Origin: Zootoca vivipara
Taxonomy: Eukaryota
Assembly: GCF_963506605.1 (NCBI RefSeq)
Contig: NC_083277.1
Location: 86,180,001 to 86,244,000, forward strand
Direction of reading: 5' to 3'
Length of the DNA: 64,000 nt
In this document: positions 1-12,263 of the stretch, in pieces
Position numbering within the stretch: position 1 is the stretch's first letter
Layout: each line of letters opens with the position of its first letter
The notes under the pieces: generated by a model
Database searches by the model: none
What the model was told of the DNA's origin: nothing
Seen by the model: the letters and a program-made list of their open reading frames with translations, nothing else
Position numbers and translations under genes: made by a program

Positions 1-1693
1 TGGAGCCCTGAGAGCAGACCGATCGTGACGGAGCCTTGGGTCCTTTGCTACCTCAGCGGCGAGAAGCTCCGAGCCGAAGACAATGGAGCGGCAGATACCT
101 CCAAAAATAGAATTCGACCGTGAGCAAATGGACGTAAGATTGAATTGAGAAATTCGGAAAAAATTGGTCACGGGAGGGGAGTTAAAAAAGGAAACGGAGG
201 TCGCTCCCCCCCCCCGAGATAATCACTTCGCAGCTAACTTGCCTGCAGCCGCGTTGTTTGAATGAGGCTACGAACTCTCCTAAAAAAGAGAACCCTTCCC
301 TTAAGTGGCAGAGCCAAGGGGAGGAGGTATTTTAATTTTTGAACTCTGCAAAATATGTTTGGAGTATAAACAATCCCCCCCTGTAACCTGGGAGCAAGAC
401 CCTTGAAGCCGCGACCAGCCGAAACTGCGAGGCTACAAAGGGAAAGAAAGTATCAATAATGGTGAACCTTTGAATTCTAGATACAATATTATGGATACAT
501 TAATTTGAGCTCTAAGAGGCTTTGGAATTTAAGAAGTAATCAGACCTTGGAAATAAAAGAAAGGATTTAATTTGGATGAAATTTAACAAAAGAATACAGC
601 ACCACCCCTGGCATTACAACATACGCCTTCTGGTGTAATACGAGAAGACAAAGGATGCAGCCAGACAAAATACCCAACCTACAGTCAGAGGAGGACTGCT
701 TACAGTACATTTTGGAACAAATCCAAGAAATGACACAAGAAATGTGTAACTGTAATAGAAATTCACAGCCCCTAATGGAAAATTTACAATCAGAAGCAAA
801 GGAGGAAGAAGATAACAATAATGAAAAATTAGAAGAAGAAAAGGAGGAGCAGCACATTGAAGAGCAACCTGTGAGAGAGGTTGTGAAGGACACTTATTTG
901 ATTCAAGGATCTCCAGACCAAGGTGGAACTTGGGGCCCTGATTTTCTAGTGGGAGAGGGAGATCAGGCCCCAGTCAGAGACAATCAAGCTGTGGCAGAAG
1001 ATGATGACTGGGTCTGGATTTGTGCCTCTCTAGTGAGAGAAGGGGGACACAATCCAGACAGAAGATGGGTGATAATAGGGGACAAGGAAAATGAAGATGT
1101 GAGAGGGAGACTGGCTGAAGATTTGAAACAACAGAAGGGGAGGAGGAGCGAATGGTGTGGCTTGGAGTGGTCAAGAGAGGGTGTGGGGTGAAAATTTTTA
1201 TGGAATATTAATTAATGGATGGCTTTAAAAGGTCTGAAAATGGAAAGTATTAAGGAACTGGTTGGGGAATCGTGGGAATTGTTACCCAGGGGAGGGAGGG
1301 GAAGATTCAAGAGGAATCGTAATATATTAGATATGAAGATGTTAGATTTGGGGAAATGATATATTTTTCAGGGAGAAATTAAAGGCTAAGGGAAATAATT
1401 AGAGATAGTTAAGATGTTGTTTAAAACTGAGTAAGCTATATTATTGAGTGAAGAATAAGAATTGTAATTGTTGAATTATTATGCAAAATATTGTGAAAGC
1501 TGTACAATGGGATTTAAAATAGACTCGGGAAGGGATGGACGGGGAAGTCGATGCTACGATATTAAAAATATTTGTTTTTTGTATCTCGTTTTGTTTTCTT
1601 TTTGCTTTTTTGTATTTTTCTCTTTTCTTTTTCTTCTTTTTGTTTTTGTTATTTTTTTATGTAAAAATCTTCAATAAACATATTAACATAATA
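1..1693 (+). mobile_element. L1-like (probably non-autonomous) retroelement with a short acidic ORF (655-1191), L1-type 3' UTR and polyA signal; 5' end may lie outside the window
   Basis: CpG-rich 5' part; 178-aa Glu-rich ORF; purine-rich 3' region; T-rich tract followed by 'cttcaataaacatattaacataata', resembling squamate L1 3' ends. No RT motifs seen. Confidence 0.45.
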
Positions 1694-1725
1694 ATACTTA
1701 CCTGGCAGGGAAGACACCTTGATCA
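1694..1725 (+). pseudogene. 5' fragment of U1 snRNA (truncated retrocopy)
   Basis: ATACTTACCTGGCAGGGAAGACACCTTGATCA matches the U1 5' end (ATACTTACCTGGCAGGGGAGATACCATGATCA) at 29/32 positions, starting at U1 nucleotide 1. Confidence 0.85.
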
Positions 1726-2021
1726 ACAATTCTGGATCAGCAAATAGATTGAGTGGATAGCATTGGCCATTAAATGTCACAAGACCTTCAAAATTATTTG
1801 AAAAATTGATCTTACATACAAATGAATATACCATCCCCCCAAAATAATAAACACTATACTCTATCAAATAATTAATGAGTTAACAATTGGAGGATACAAC
1901 TCCATGAAACAGCAATGGGAATCTGATGTAGGAATAGAGATTGTGGAGGTAGATTGGAATAATTTGTGGGCTTAAAAACCACTAAAATCAGTATAAACTT
2001 GTATATAAGAAAATAATGATT

Positions 2022-2054
<33 letters not shown>

Positions 2055-2185
2055 GTCCATACCCCAGACCATCTGACTCGGTATCCACAGCCACTCTGGT
2101 AGCCTACCAATACATATAAAAGCATCATAAAACATCAAACTTTAAAAATGTTTTTTAAAAAACTTTAAATGAATAACACCATGGC
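1726..2185 (+). mobile_element. Degenerate L1/Tx1 ORF2 C-terminal fragment, interrupted by a minus-strand L2-type tail with (AAT)n
   Basis: Translates to KQQWESDVGIEIVEVDWNNLW, resembling the 'WE.D.G.....W..IW' motif of L1-clade ORF2; (AAT)n tail at ~2023-2053. Confidence 0.55.
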
Positions 2186-2492
2186 TTTGTTTCAGCTGAA
2201 ACCTGTTGGATCTCAGTTCTGGCAGCTCTCAGGTGGGTGCCATTGCCATTCTAAGAGAATGAGCAGGTGATTGTGACGAGTTCCACCACCTCATTTTCTA
2301 GAGAAATGTCACTGAGTAAAACTATATTCAATTTTTTTTTAAAAAAAACCCCACTGTAGTTACACGGCAATAAACAATGCAAGTATTTTGTTCCATCCAG
2401 TTACTGCATAGAAAAGACTGAGATGTCTCACTTCCTCCATCACTCTTTCCGATGGGTGTTTTAAATTCTATTTCTCCTTTTCCTTTTTACAG

Positions 2493-5400
2493 GAACAAAC
2501 CAATCATGAGGCCATCTACACCCAAGAGGAGCTTATCATTTGTGTGCAGGGACTCTTTATTGCTGGGTCATTGTCCACAAGCGAAGTTTTGGGCCGTGCC
2601 CTCCTGGTGATGGCTAGATTGCCACACATTCAAGGTACATAAATTGTCCAAAGGACTGAAAGGACATTAAAACTTCACGAAGGAAGTGCAACTTGCTCAC
2701 AGAAATACTTGAAGTACAAAATGTCTTTTCCTCGGCCCATGGTAAAGGTTTCCACTGGGGTCCAGCATCAGCCACATTTGTTTAGAAGAGGAAGACGCTG
2801 CTCCCACCCTCCACTGTTTTATTTTATTTTATTTTAAGCATATGCACTCCAAAAGCTTCCATAAGTAACCAGCACATAAATAAAGATGCTACATAAATGA
2901 TATAATTTACATAAAATTGATAAAATTATTGTAAAATTAAAGCAAGAATAGAGCACTGTCCTCCCAGAGACCTGTCCTTCATATTCTGTCTTCCTGGAGA
3001 TTGATGTTTATCTTTTCCGGAGGGAAAAGGGCATCTTCCCATTCACCTCAGCTCCACGGCACTTCTCTCCAACAAACTTGGCACTCAGGAACTAAAACTT
3101 ACATCCCTTAAAACAAATGCTTCAACAAAAAAGGGCCTTACATTGTTCATGAAAGGAATAACTCCTCCTAAAACTTTGTTGCCACAAGACAAATCCATGG
3201 AGCCATTAGGGTTGCCAGACTCAATAGAGGACAGGACTTCTGTGCCTTTAATTGCCCTGCTCTCTTTTGAGTCTGGAAACCTTAAAGAGAAACCAGCAGA
3301 CCCTTTGTTTAATTTCCAAGCAAAGGGTCTGCTGGTTTCTCTTTAAGGTTTCCCGACTCAAAAGAGAGCAGGGCAATTAAAGGCACAGAAGTCCTGTCCT
3401 CTATTGAGTCTGGCAACCCTAGGAGCCATTAGAATCAGAATGAAAACCTCTGTTGGGGATTCTAACATCTGAATACCAGGGACTAGGAGGGCTGTTGCCT
3501 TGAGGGATGGAGGAGGAAACCATTTTAAACTGATTCATACACTGAGCTGGGCTCGTATTGGATCACCTCCAGTATCCATTGGCTATGTATGTCCAAGGGG
3601 CTAGTGCAAAAGTAAACCACTTCTTTAAATCATTTTAGCAAGAGCCGAGGCAGGGAGGAACCACCATTATAAGCAAACAGCTCTTTACCTCAGAACAGTT
3701 TGGATTGTGTCTGATCCCCTTTCTGCAAGGCTGTGAACTCTTAAGAATAGCTCAGTAGTGAGGTTTCCTTTAATTATGACTGTTAATTGTGCATCATGCA
3801 AAGAAGTACTTTATATTTTCTGTCCTGAACCTAATGCCTTCAACCCTTGCCCTGTGGTGATTCTGATTTGCTACCCTGTGACTCTTTTTTTTTTTTTTGG
3901 CTGAGGTACAAGAGTGGGATGTAAGTTTAATGAATGAATAAAAGGTATTGTTTGAAGAGACAGCATAAAGTTTCCAGACCATCTATTCAACATGCTTTAC
4001 ATAATTTCATGAACATCTCTAAGAATGCCTTCCAGTTAACTTTTTTGCTTAAGATAAAAAGCCCACATCCTTTAGTAATATAAGGTGATCCCCTGTAGCA
4101 AAGCAAATGCCTTGGGGTTATGGAAGCCAGATTCCTTTCATCTTTGCATGCCATCTTTAAAAATGGGCTCCTGTCAGGATGCAAATTCATGTAAGACGGT
4201 GTTACTTTTCCTTCTGGTTGGAGAATGTTGAAGGCTATCACTATGTTAGAAGAGAAGTAGCTTCAGAATTCTGGAAGTAGAGCTCTGAATTTGTTTTCTT
4301 ACAGAAAAAGTTCAACGGGAGATTGATGAGGTGGTAGGTGCCAACCGTATCCCTGGCATGGAAGATAGGGTGAGGATGCCTTACACCAATGCTGTTCTCC
4401 ATGAGATTCAACGATATGAAAAAGGGAGCCTTGAGAGCTTCCCGCGTGAAACAACATGTCCTACAAAATTCCGGGGCTATCTTATCCCCCAGGTGTGTGT
4501 CACATGTGAAATGAGCAGGTTACTGTGGAGAGGGGAAGGGGGGATTTATCATCCCATTAATGACTTTGGTTTGTCACAATCCCAGCCAGTGCAGAGACAA
4601 GGTATGCTGATTACTACCTCACCCCCCCCCCACACACACACATTCATGGTGATTTTTCAGAATGCTGTGCCATGACTTGTTTCTATATGTGACAAGCAAC
4701 TTTAGGGATCACAGTCTCTTACATAAACAGGCTTCTTTTTATGTTTATGAAACTGAAACAAATAATGAAATCTCTATCTTCTCCCTGAAGGGCACAACCG
4801 TCTGTTCAGAGATTGGATCTGTGCACTTTGATCCTCTCCAGTGGGAGAATCCAGAAGAGTTTGACCCAGGTCATTTCTTGGATGAGAAGGGCCAGTTCCG
4901 GAACAGGGTTGCCTTCATGCCTTTTTCTGCAGGTGACTCTATAGACCTAGATTCTCACACTGTGGGGTTGGGTCCAGCAGCTGGCATGTGGATGGATGGG
5001 CAGGAGAACTCCAAGAGTGATAGTGCTGCCAGGAGATAAGTAAGAGGTTTGGGGAGGGATTGTCTACCCACAAGACGTTTCTCTCTGTCTTTGCCCTCCC
5101 TTTCCTACATCCTGAGCAAGCATTAGCCTGAGGAAGGGACAGTTGAGTTCCCATCTTTTGGACCACTGCCTACAGGAACCACATGGGCTCTGTGTTAAGA
5201 AAGAGAGCTGGCATGATGAGTTGATAGGAAAGGAAAGGAGAGTACTCACTCACATAATCTTTTATCTTTCTTTGATCTGAAGCTGCTTATGTGTAGCTTT
5301 CAGCTCAAAGATTTACACACACAGAGGGATCCCACATGGTCTTTTCAATACTCTCTTCTCTGCAGGCTGCCTGTCCCCCAGCCAGAGAATGGATTATCCG

Positions 5401-6340
5401 TGCCTCCTTGAATTGTGAAGCCAAGTAGTGCAACATGGCTGCTGCTCATTGGGAAGCCCCATATCCTCCTCCGCATTACTCATGCTCCAACCTTCCAAGA
5501 CTCTTGAATTCCCACCCCCTGCATGTTTCTCCATTGCCCTCCCTAGCCCTCTGCACTCCTCCCACATAGGAGGAACCATTATATTTTACTCCAAGCAGCT
5601 GGGCATGCTGAAAGGAGCTCATCTTCAGCCTATAGACCAATAACGGTGTCAGGTAGATGGTGGCCAATGTTTTGCCATGCCTTAAGCTGACAGGGTGGAA
5701 AGTACTAATTTATATTCATTGTTTCAAATTATTGGGACAGGCACCTTCAAGAGCACAGGTGCTACAGCAGTAACCTCAGCCATAAAAGATCCTGGAATAG
5801 GTTTTGGGGCACATCCTCACTTTGCACAGTACATACAATATTGTGTTTTGTGGCAGGAGAATGAGCCAAGCAGTACTTTAGTGTTATATAACATGCTCAG
5901 AATAGAAGTCCACCAGTCAGCCAAAGAATCGAGAAAACTCCATGAGACCAATATCTCCAAAAACATACCTGCCTGAAACACTTCACCTTCACATCACAGT
6001 GGAAGCAGAGAGTTGCAGGCACCCCTTGAGAAATGGTCACACTGCTGTCTTTCTTTTGCAGTTCCGTTATTTCAAAATGAGTTGGCTGGGTTTCTTGGGC
6101 ACTAAATAGGTTTTTGATGACTGGTGAGCCCTGCCACTTTCTTCTCTCCTAGGAAAACGGGCATGCCCAGGGGAAGCCCTGGCTCGGATGGAGCTGTTCC
6201 TGTTCTTCAGTGTTCTGCTCCAGAACTTCACCTTCCAGCTGATTGGAGATGCCAAAGACAAGGATATATTCACTTTGTATGAGGATAGTGGCCTGAAGAC
6301 AGGAGACTTGCCATTGAAATTCACTAGACGTTCAATATGA
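2493..6340 (+). CDS. Cytochrome P450 family 2 gene, exons 6-9 (exons 1-5 upstream of window)
   Basis: GT-AG exons 2493-2634 (142 nt), 4305-4492 (188 nt), 4791-4932 (142 nt), 6153-6340 (stop TGA) match canonical CYP2 exon sizes and phases. K-helix EIQR, meander PEEFDP and heme motif [11 protein letters not shown] are present. The frame is open across all four exons. Confidence 0.92.
3207..3421. mobile_element. Palindromic hAT MITE (TAGGGTTGCCA termini, Blackjack-like)
   Basis: 101-bp inverted arms with 1 mismatch; 8-bp TSD GGAGCCAT at 3199-3206 and 3422-3429. Confidence 0.9.
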
Positions 6341-6429
6341 TCCAGTGACAGCAACTAAGCAGAATGGATGGTGCCAATGCTTTTAGATGCTGGGGAGGGG
6401 GGGGGGAGAGAGATGGGAGAATCGTACGT

Positions 6430-7328
6430 TGAAAATGGTGTCTGTAAGAATAAAAAAATTATTATAAATTATTTTGGAGGTGGTATTTAACACCAATGAG
6501 ATTAAATCAAACAAACAAGGAACATTAGGTGTTATGTTGGAGGAGATGCTGGGAAACCGGGAATTATGTTCACATTTCGTGGGGGGGGGGGTAAATATGT
6601 ACAATTTCTCTGGCAAAAAGGTGTTTAAGGAGATAACAGAAATCACTGGGTAAAAGCTGACTGAAAGTCCAGAAGTAGCATTATTATCAATTTACGATGG
6701 GGTGGAAGGCTATGAAGGACTTGCTCACAAATTTATTGACAGTTGCACAAATCATAGTAACTAGGAAGTGGAAGAGGCAAGCAGAATATAAAATGGAAGA
6801 ATGGTACAAAGAGGTGTGCGATATAGCTATTAATGATAAATTAACATATGCCATTAAGGTAAGACAGGGAATATGAAGGAGAAATGATTTTGAAGAGATA
6901 TGGAAGGTGTTTGTAGAATTTGTACTGTTAAAACGGAAAGGGGTCAAACCATTGCAAGAGGTGTTGAAATTTTGGGAGGTTGGATAGTTACAATGGAATG
7001 ATCTCAGTACAGTCATACCTTGGTTTGCGACCGCAATTTGTTCCGGGGAGCCGGTTGCTCCCCGAGTTCGTAGTAAACCAAGGGGTTCTTCTGCGCGTGT
7101 GCAAAGCGCTAATAGAGTGCTTCTGTGCATGTTGCGCAGATCGCTTCTGTGCATCCACACGCTGCGGAACGCGGATATAAACACTTCCGGGTCTGCAGCG
7201 GTCGCAAACGGAGGCGGTCGCAAACCAAGGTATGAATGTAGTGGGGTACACATTTTTATTCTTATTTATTTATTCATGATTATTACTTTGTCAAAAAATA
7301 GTTGTAAGTTTAATGTAATAAAAAAAAG
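6430..7328 (+). mobile_element. L1 ORF2 3' fragment with polyA, interrupted by a Tc1/mariner MITE
   Basis: Degenerate ORF2 C-terminal-like peptides (IVTRKWKR, EEWYKEVCDIAINDKLT); ends in 'taataaaaaaaa'. Confidence 0.6.
7010..7238. mobile_element. Tc1/mariner (Tigger-like) MITE
   Basis: TA-CAGTCATACCTTGGTTTGCGACCGC ... GCGGTCGCAAACCAAGGTATGAATG-TA; related copy at 62652-62895. Confidence 0.8.
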
Positions 7329-7744
7329 ACTTCATAAAATGATGCTCCTTTGGACCCCTTGCTCACCCATCTGTGTGATATTAGAAAGGTAGCCTTAGAC
7401 TTGCTTCAGACAAATAAAGAAGATTGCATGTAGCAGATCCAGAATATTCAACTCACAAAAAGATGGCTGTTTGGCTAGGAAAGTGTGGTTTTTAAGCATA
7501 GCAAAATATTACCATTCAATTTAATTTACCCAGCTTTCATAATCTTGTTTTCTATTAAGCTATGATTTATTTTAAAAGCCTCCATTTTGAATATATATAG
7601 ATGTTTATGAACCCTGTTTTCCACATAACACATTTTTAAGGCTGCTATGTTTAGGGATGAGCACTACGACCCACATCCCTGGAAATGGCTTCTAAAATGG
7701 GTGCTAAACTGTGATATGACACCCATTTACATTGGGTTATAATT

Positions 7745-8017
7745 CAGGGGTCAGCAAACTTTTTCAACAGGGGCCAGTCCACTATCCCTCAGACCTTGTG
7801 GGGGGCTGGACTATATTTTTTTTGGGGGGGGGGGATGAACGAATTCCTATGCCCCACAAATAACATTTTAAATAAATGTTGCATTTTAAATGCATTTTAA
7901 ATTAAAGCACGCATTCTACTCATGTAGAAACACGCTGATTCCCAGACCGTCTGTGGGCCAGATTTAGAAGGCGATTGGGCCAGATCCGGCCCCCGTGCCT
8001 TAGTTTGCCTACCCATG
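7745..8017. mobile_element. hAT-type MITE
   Basis: Imperfect TIRs CAGGGGTCAGCAAACT ... AGTTTGCCTACCCATG; no clean TSD. Confidence 0.6.
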
Positions 8018-9825
8018 GATTACCATATATCCAACATTTGCATGAGCAATTCCTCCCTCCACTGCAGAACCCTCAAAATGCAGTGCCAGATGTTCAGGAA
8101 GGCCCACCAGGAGAGGCTTTTTTCAGGGGACCTGGCAGAGGGAGAAGCTGAGAAGAAAGATCATTTGCACAAGGAGTCTTTAACCTGTGCACAGCCATTT
8201 TATACACACCACATTGTCCCAATCTGTCCAATCCTAATCAGTGTTTCACATTTGCTCTTTTCTTACCGACTTTTTTTTGGGGGGGGGGCATTTTTCCTGA
8301 AAATGTTTCAATTAAAAGCACAAGGAAAAGGAAAGGAAAAGAAAAGAAAACGGCACAAAACTGGGTAGAAAGAAACAATATAAGAATATATAAAATATAC
8401 AAAGAAAACTCTAACCCATACATTATTATATAAATTCGATATTATTATCCCAATACATATGTAAATATCAATAGCCTACTGCATTTTGTATAAAGTCCTC
8501 AACTTCAAGACTTGTTCAAAGCAATAAAATTGTACCTAATAAAATTAGATACTAAGGGGATGATATGGTTGGTTCTTTGCAAGTGGAAGGAAAGCTAATG
8601 GAGGAAGAAGGCCAGCAGGTAAGAAACTCTGTACCTTAAGAAGTACAGTATACACAAGAGGGGGAGACTATAGCACTAGCAGGAGTCTACATTTACCACT
8701 ATGTTCTTTTCAGCTAGAAGAAGTATCTTTGACCTACACTATCAATGAGATAATTTCAGCAACTGTGGCTTGTCAGGCAAGCCCTTTGTTTTCCTCTGGG
8801 CAGCCAATTAGGCTGAGACATGGTGCTGAGCCCATCGTCATCTAGATAGCTTTATGGATGAGTTGGGATTTGAACCTGGGTCTTCCCAGTACAACTCTAA
8901 CATCCTAACCATCAACCCATGCTGGATCCTGAGGTAGCATTTCCATGCTTGTGTGATTGTGCGCCAGCTTCTTAGTCCTTTCCCTGTATAGTGTGGCTAT
9001 TCTCAAACATTGTGACTCCGGGCCCTTTAAAGGGGGAACAAATCAGTTGACCAAGAAATGCTAGAGAATGGTTCATGAGTTCCTAATAATGAGCCAAAAG
9101 GACATGTTAGTTTATAATTAGTGCTGAATTCTTCTAGTGCAAACTGGTCCTCTTGCGGGGGGAGGAAGTGGAAGGATGATGGCAGCAGAATGGGGAAACA
9201 GGACAAGAAAAACTGGCTCTGCAAAGTTGCAGTGTCATTTACAGTAACAAAAAGTAAGCAGCAATGCAAAGAACAGGAACTGAAACTGCAGGTAGGGAAA
9301 AGTACAGAAGGTTAACAATTTGAGTCACTTTCAAATTGTGGTCAACAATAACTTTGAGCCTAACCCAATTTGTTATGGCACAAGCTTTTGTAGACAGAAG
9401 CCCATTTTATTCATCATCATATATATTCATCTCATGTAACAATAAATCTGTAGGAGTGGTGTTCAGTTTTCTTCAGAGTAACGCCACTAAAATTAAGGAA
9501 TATGACTAAATTAGGCCAATTAATTTCAATGTGTCTATTCTGAGTAAAACTTAGTTGAATGTCATTCCATGTCTTTAAGGAACCAGATTGTCGGGAACTG
9601 CTGACCATTGCTCCATGGGGCAAACAGGGTCAATGCATTTTAAAGCACAAAACCAGCTAAATACAAGATTCTCAAGTGGCATAACTCAATTAACTTGTTT
9701 GAGCATATTGCACCGAACCTGGCCCAACTGCAATGGCTGCCAATCAGTTTCTGGGTCCAATTCAAAGTGCTGGTTTTGAGCTATAAAGCCTTAAATGGCT
9801 CAGGACCATAACACCTCATGACCTA

Positions 9826-10056
9826 GTTACAGGTATGTAGCCATGTTGGTCTGCCGTAGTCAAAACAAAATTAAAAAATTCCTTCCAGTAACACCTTAGA
9901 GTCCAGCTAAGTTTGTCATTGGTATGAGCTTTCATGTGCATGCTTTCGTGAGCAGGTATCTGAAGAAGTGTGCATGCAGATGAAAGCTCATACCAATGAC
10001 AAACTTAGTTGGTCACTAAGGTGCTACTGGAAGGAATTTTTTTTATTTTGTTTCGA
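9826..10056. mobile_element. Penelope-like terminal repeat pair in inverted orientation, inserted into an L2 fragment (~9690-10300)
   Basis: Two inverted copies of 'ccttccagtagcaccttagagaccaactaagtttgtcattggtatgagctttc'; same family as the Penelope at 56803-57262. Confidence 0.75.
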
Positions 10057-10355
10057 CCTCATGGACCGCCTCTCTCCCTATGAACCAATCTGGACCCTGC
10101 AATCATAATCTGAGGCCTTTCTTTGTGTGCCTATTCTAGAAGAGGTCCGGAGGGTGGCAACGTGAGAACAGGCCTTTTATGCAGTGGCTCCCTGTTTGTG
10201 GAATGCTCTTCCCAGGAAGGCTCACAAGGATATGCCTTCATTACATTTCTTTAGGTGCCATGAGAAAATATTTTTCTATAACCAGACCTTTGCCCAATCC
10301 CATGTTCTTTTACATGTGTGTGTGTGGGGGGGGTTATTGGTTTGTTTTTGTTTTA

Positions 10356-10574
10356 CAGTGGTACCTCTGGTTACGAACTTAATTCGTTCCAGAGGTCCGC
10401 TCTTAACCTGAAACCGTTCTTAACCTGAGGTACCACTTTAGCTAATGTGGCCTCCTGCTGCCGCCGCATGATTTCTGTTCTTATCCTGAGGTAAAGTTCT
10501 TAACCCGAGGTTAAGCGGAGTCTGTAACCCAAAGTGTTTGTAACCCAAGGTATTTGTAACCCGAGGCACCACTG
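10356..10574. mobile_element. Tc1/mariner (Tigger-like) MITE
   Basis: TA-CAGTGGTACCTC ... GAGGCACCACTG-TA; a 48-bp internally deleted relative lies at 14321-14368. Confidence 0.75.
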
Positions 10575-10829
10575 TATTATGTATTTTGTGTTCTCATTTT
10601 GTATTTTTATGTGGCAAACCATCCTGGGATCTTTGGATGAAGAGCGGTATACAAATTTAATAAATAACAATAAAATAAGAAGATCCCAGCAGAGCCATTT
10701 GGGGGGGCGGGGGCGAGACTGTACATGGGATGGAGGCAGCGGAGAAAGCCCTATTGCATTGCAAAGATCCTTACACGGGTTTCCACTGGTTGGGCTCATT
10801 ACTTGTATGCTGCCCATAATAAACACACA

Positions 10830-10962
10830 GGAAGCTGCCTTATACTGATTCAGACCACTGGTCCATCTGGCTCAGCTGATGTCTACACTGGCAATGGCTC
10901 TCCAGGGTTTTCAGACAGGGGTCTCTCCAAGTTCTAATTGGAGATGCTGGGGATTGAACCTA
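10830..10962 (-). mobile_element. tRNA-derived SINE fragment (Squam2-like)
   Basis: Minus strand carries a B-box-like GGTTCAATCCC; similar copies at ~19950-20100 and ~43670-43805. Confidence 0.55.
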
Positions 10963-11850
10963 TGTTTATGATGATAATGGCAAATGAACCTTTTTTAAAA
11001 AAAGATTAACAGGGATTGTGCCATTTATTTTTATATGAAATTGAAACAGTAACTAAACAAGAGTTTTGTGAAAAGTTCTGTTGTGTCCCAAAGCACTGGT
11101 ATAATTAACTAGCCTGCAGCTGTGTTAGCAACAGTGGAAGTGACCATGGGCACTGGAATCCAGGAAGGCAGAAAAAAGTCTCTCGCTGGCATTCTGGGCG
11201 TGTCTCAAACTTTGTCTTTTAGCTCAGCATCACTTAAAACGCTTCTCCTCTTTTGCCTTTGGAGTGGATAGAATAGGATACAGATGGAGCTGGCAACTGG
11301 GGCAGGAGTGCTCCTTGTCCTCTTTCTGCTCGCGACCTTGTCCTTCAAACTTCACAAAGCTAGAGGCCAGCTACCTCCAGGACCCACTTTGAATACAGGC
11401 TCTTTCTGGGGAACCTCCTGCAGAAAGATGTCCTGCCTCTACACAAAACCTTCCCCAAGGTTAGTGCAAGGCTTTGCAAGGCTTCGACTGGACTCCTTTC
11501 CCAAAAAAGGCAGAGAATAAGAAACAGCTCAAGAAGCAAAGACGGAAATAAAGGCAGGAGATAAATGCATATGTGAGATTTCCAGTAATATTAATTCTTT
11601 TGTGCCACCACCTAATCCAAATGCTCCTTGGTTCTATTCTCATAACTACCCCATAATTTGGGAAGCATTTTCAAGATCCATTAAGATGGGATGGGTGAGA
11701 TTTGTTTCACTTTAACGCATCCAGCTGGCATGATTGAAGCTCTCTCCACTGCCACCTTCCTTTGATGGCATTTGGAGCATTCTTCCAGCCTGTATTTAAC
11801 TCTCTCTCTCCCCCCTTTGTTTCTACTCTCAAGGTAAATTCATCAATACT

Positions 11851-12094
11851 TGTTAGGACGCCAACAAGTCAGTGCGCTGAAGAGCAGCAGTCAGGGTCAG
11901 ATAAAGCCGAAGTACACAGTCCAGGTCAAAGCCAGCAGTCAGGTTCAGATAAAGCCGAAGTACACAGTCCAGGTCAAAGCCAGCAGTCAGGTTCAGATAA
12001 AGCAGAAATACACAGTCCGTTCAGTCAGGAAGCCGAGGTCAGGGGAGCCAGGAGTCAAAATGCCGAAATCAGGAAGCCGAGAACAGGATTGGTC
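11851..12094. mobile_element. Partial LTR with 48-bp internal tandem repeats
   Basis: Starts TGTTAGG; highly similar to the start of 12264-12901; unit 'cagcagtcaggttcagataaagccgaagtacacagtccaggtcaaagc' occurs about 3 times. Confidence 0.6.
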
Positions 12095-12263
12095 ATGCAC
12101 AAGGAAAACTGGGGACTTCTCCCAGTCATTGAAAGTGTTCATTTATGCAGAATGCTCCTTTTATGAGCAAACATTCTCCTGCATTCTGAAGGACACAGGC
12201 TTTCCATGTTAGTGAGAACCAAGTCACTACTCTACACAAGGGTTACCACCTAGCCTGTATAAT

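Noticed and set aside
1694-1725. Functional U1 snRNA gene
   Set aside because: Only 32 nt with 3 substitutions; no Sm site or remaining stem-loops.
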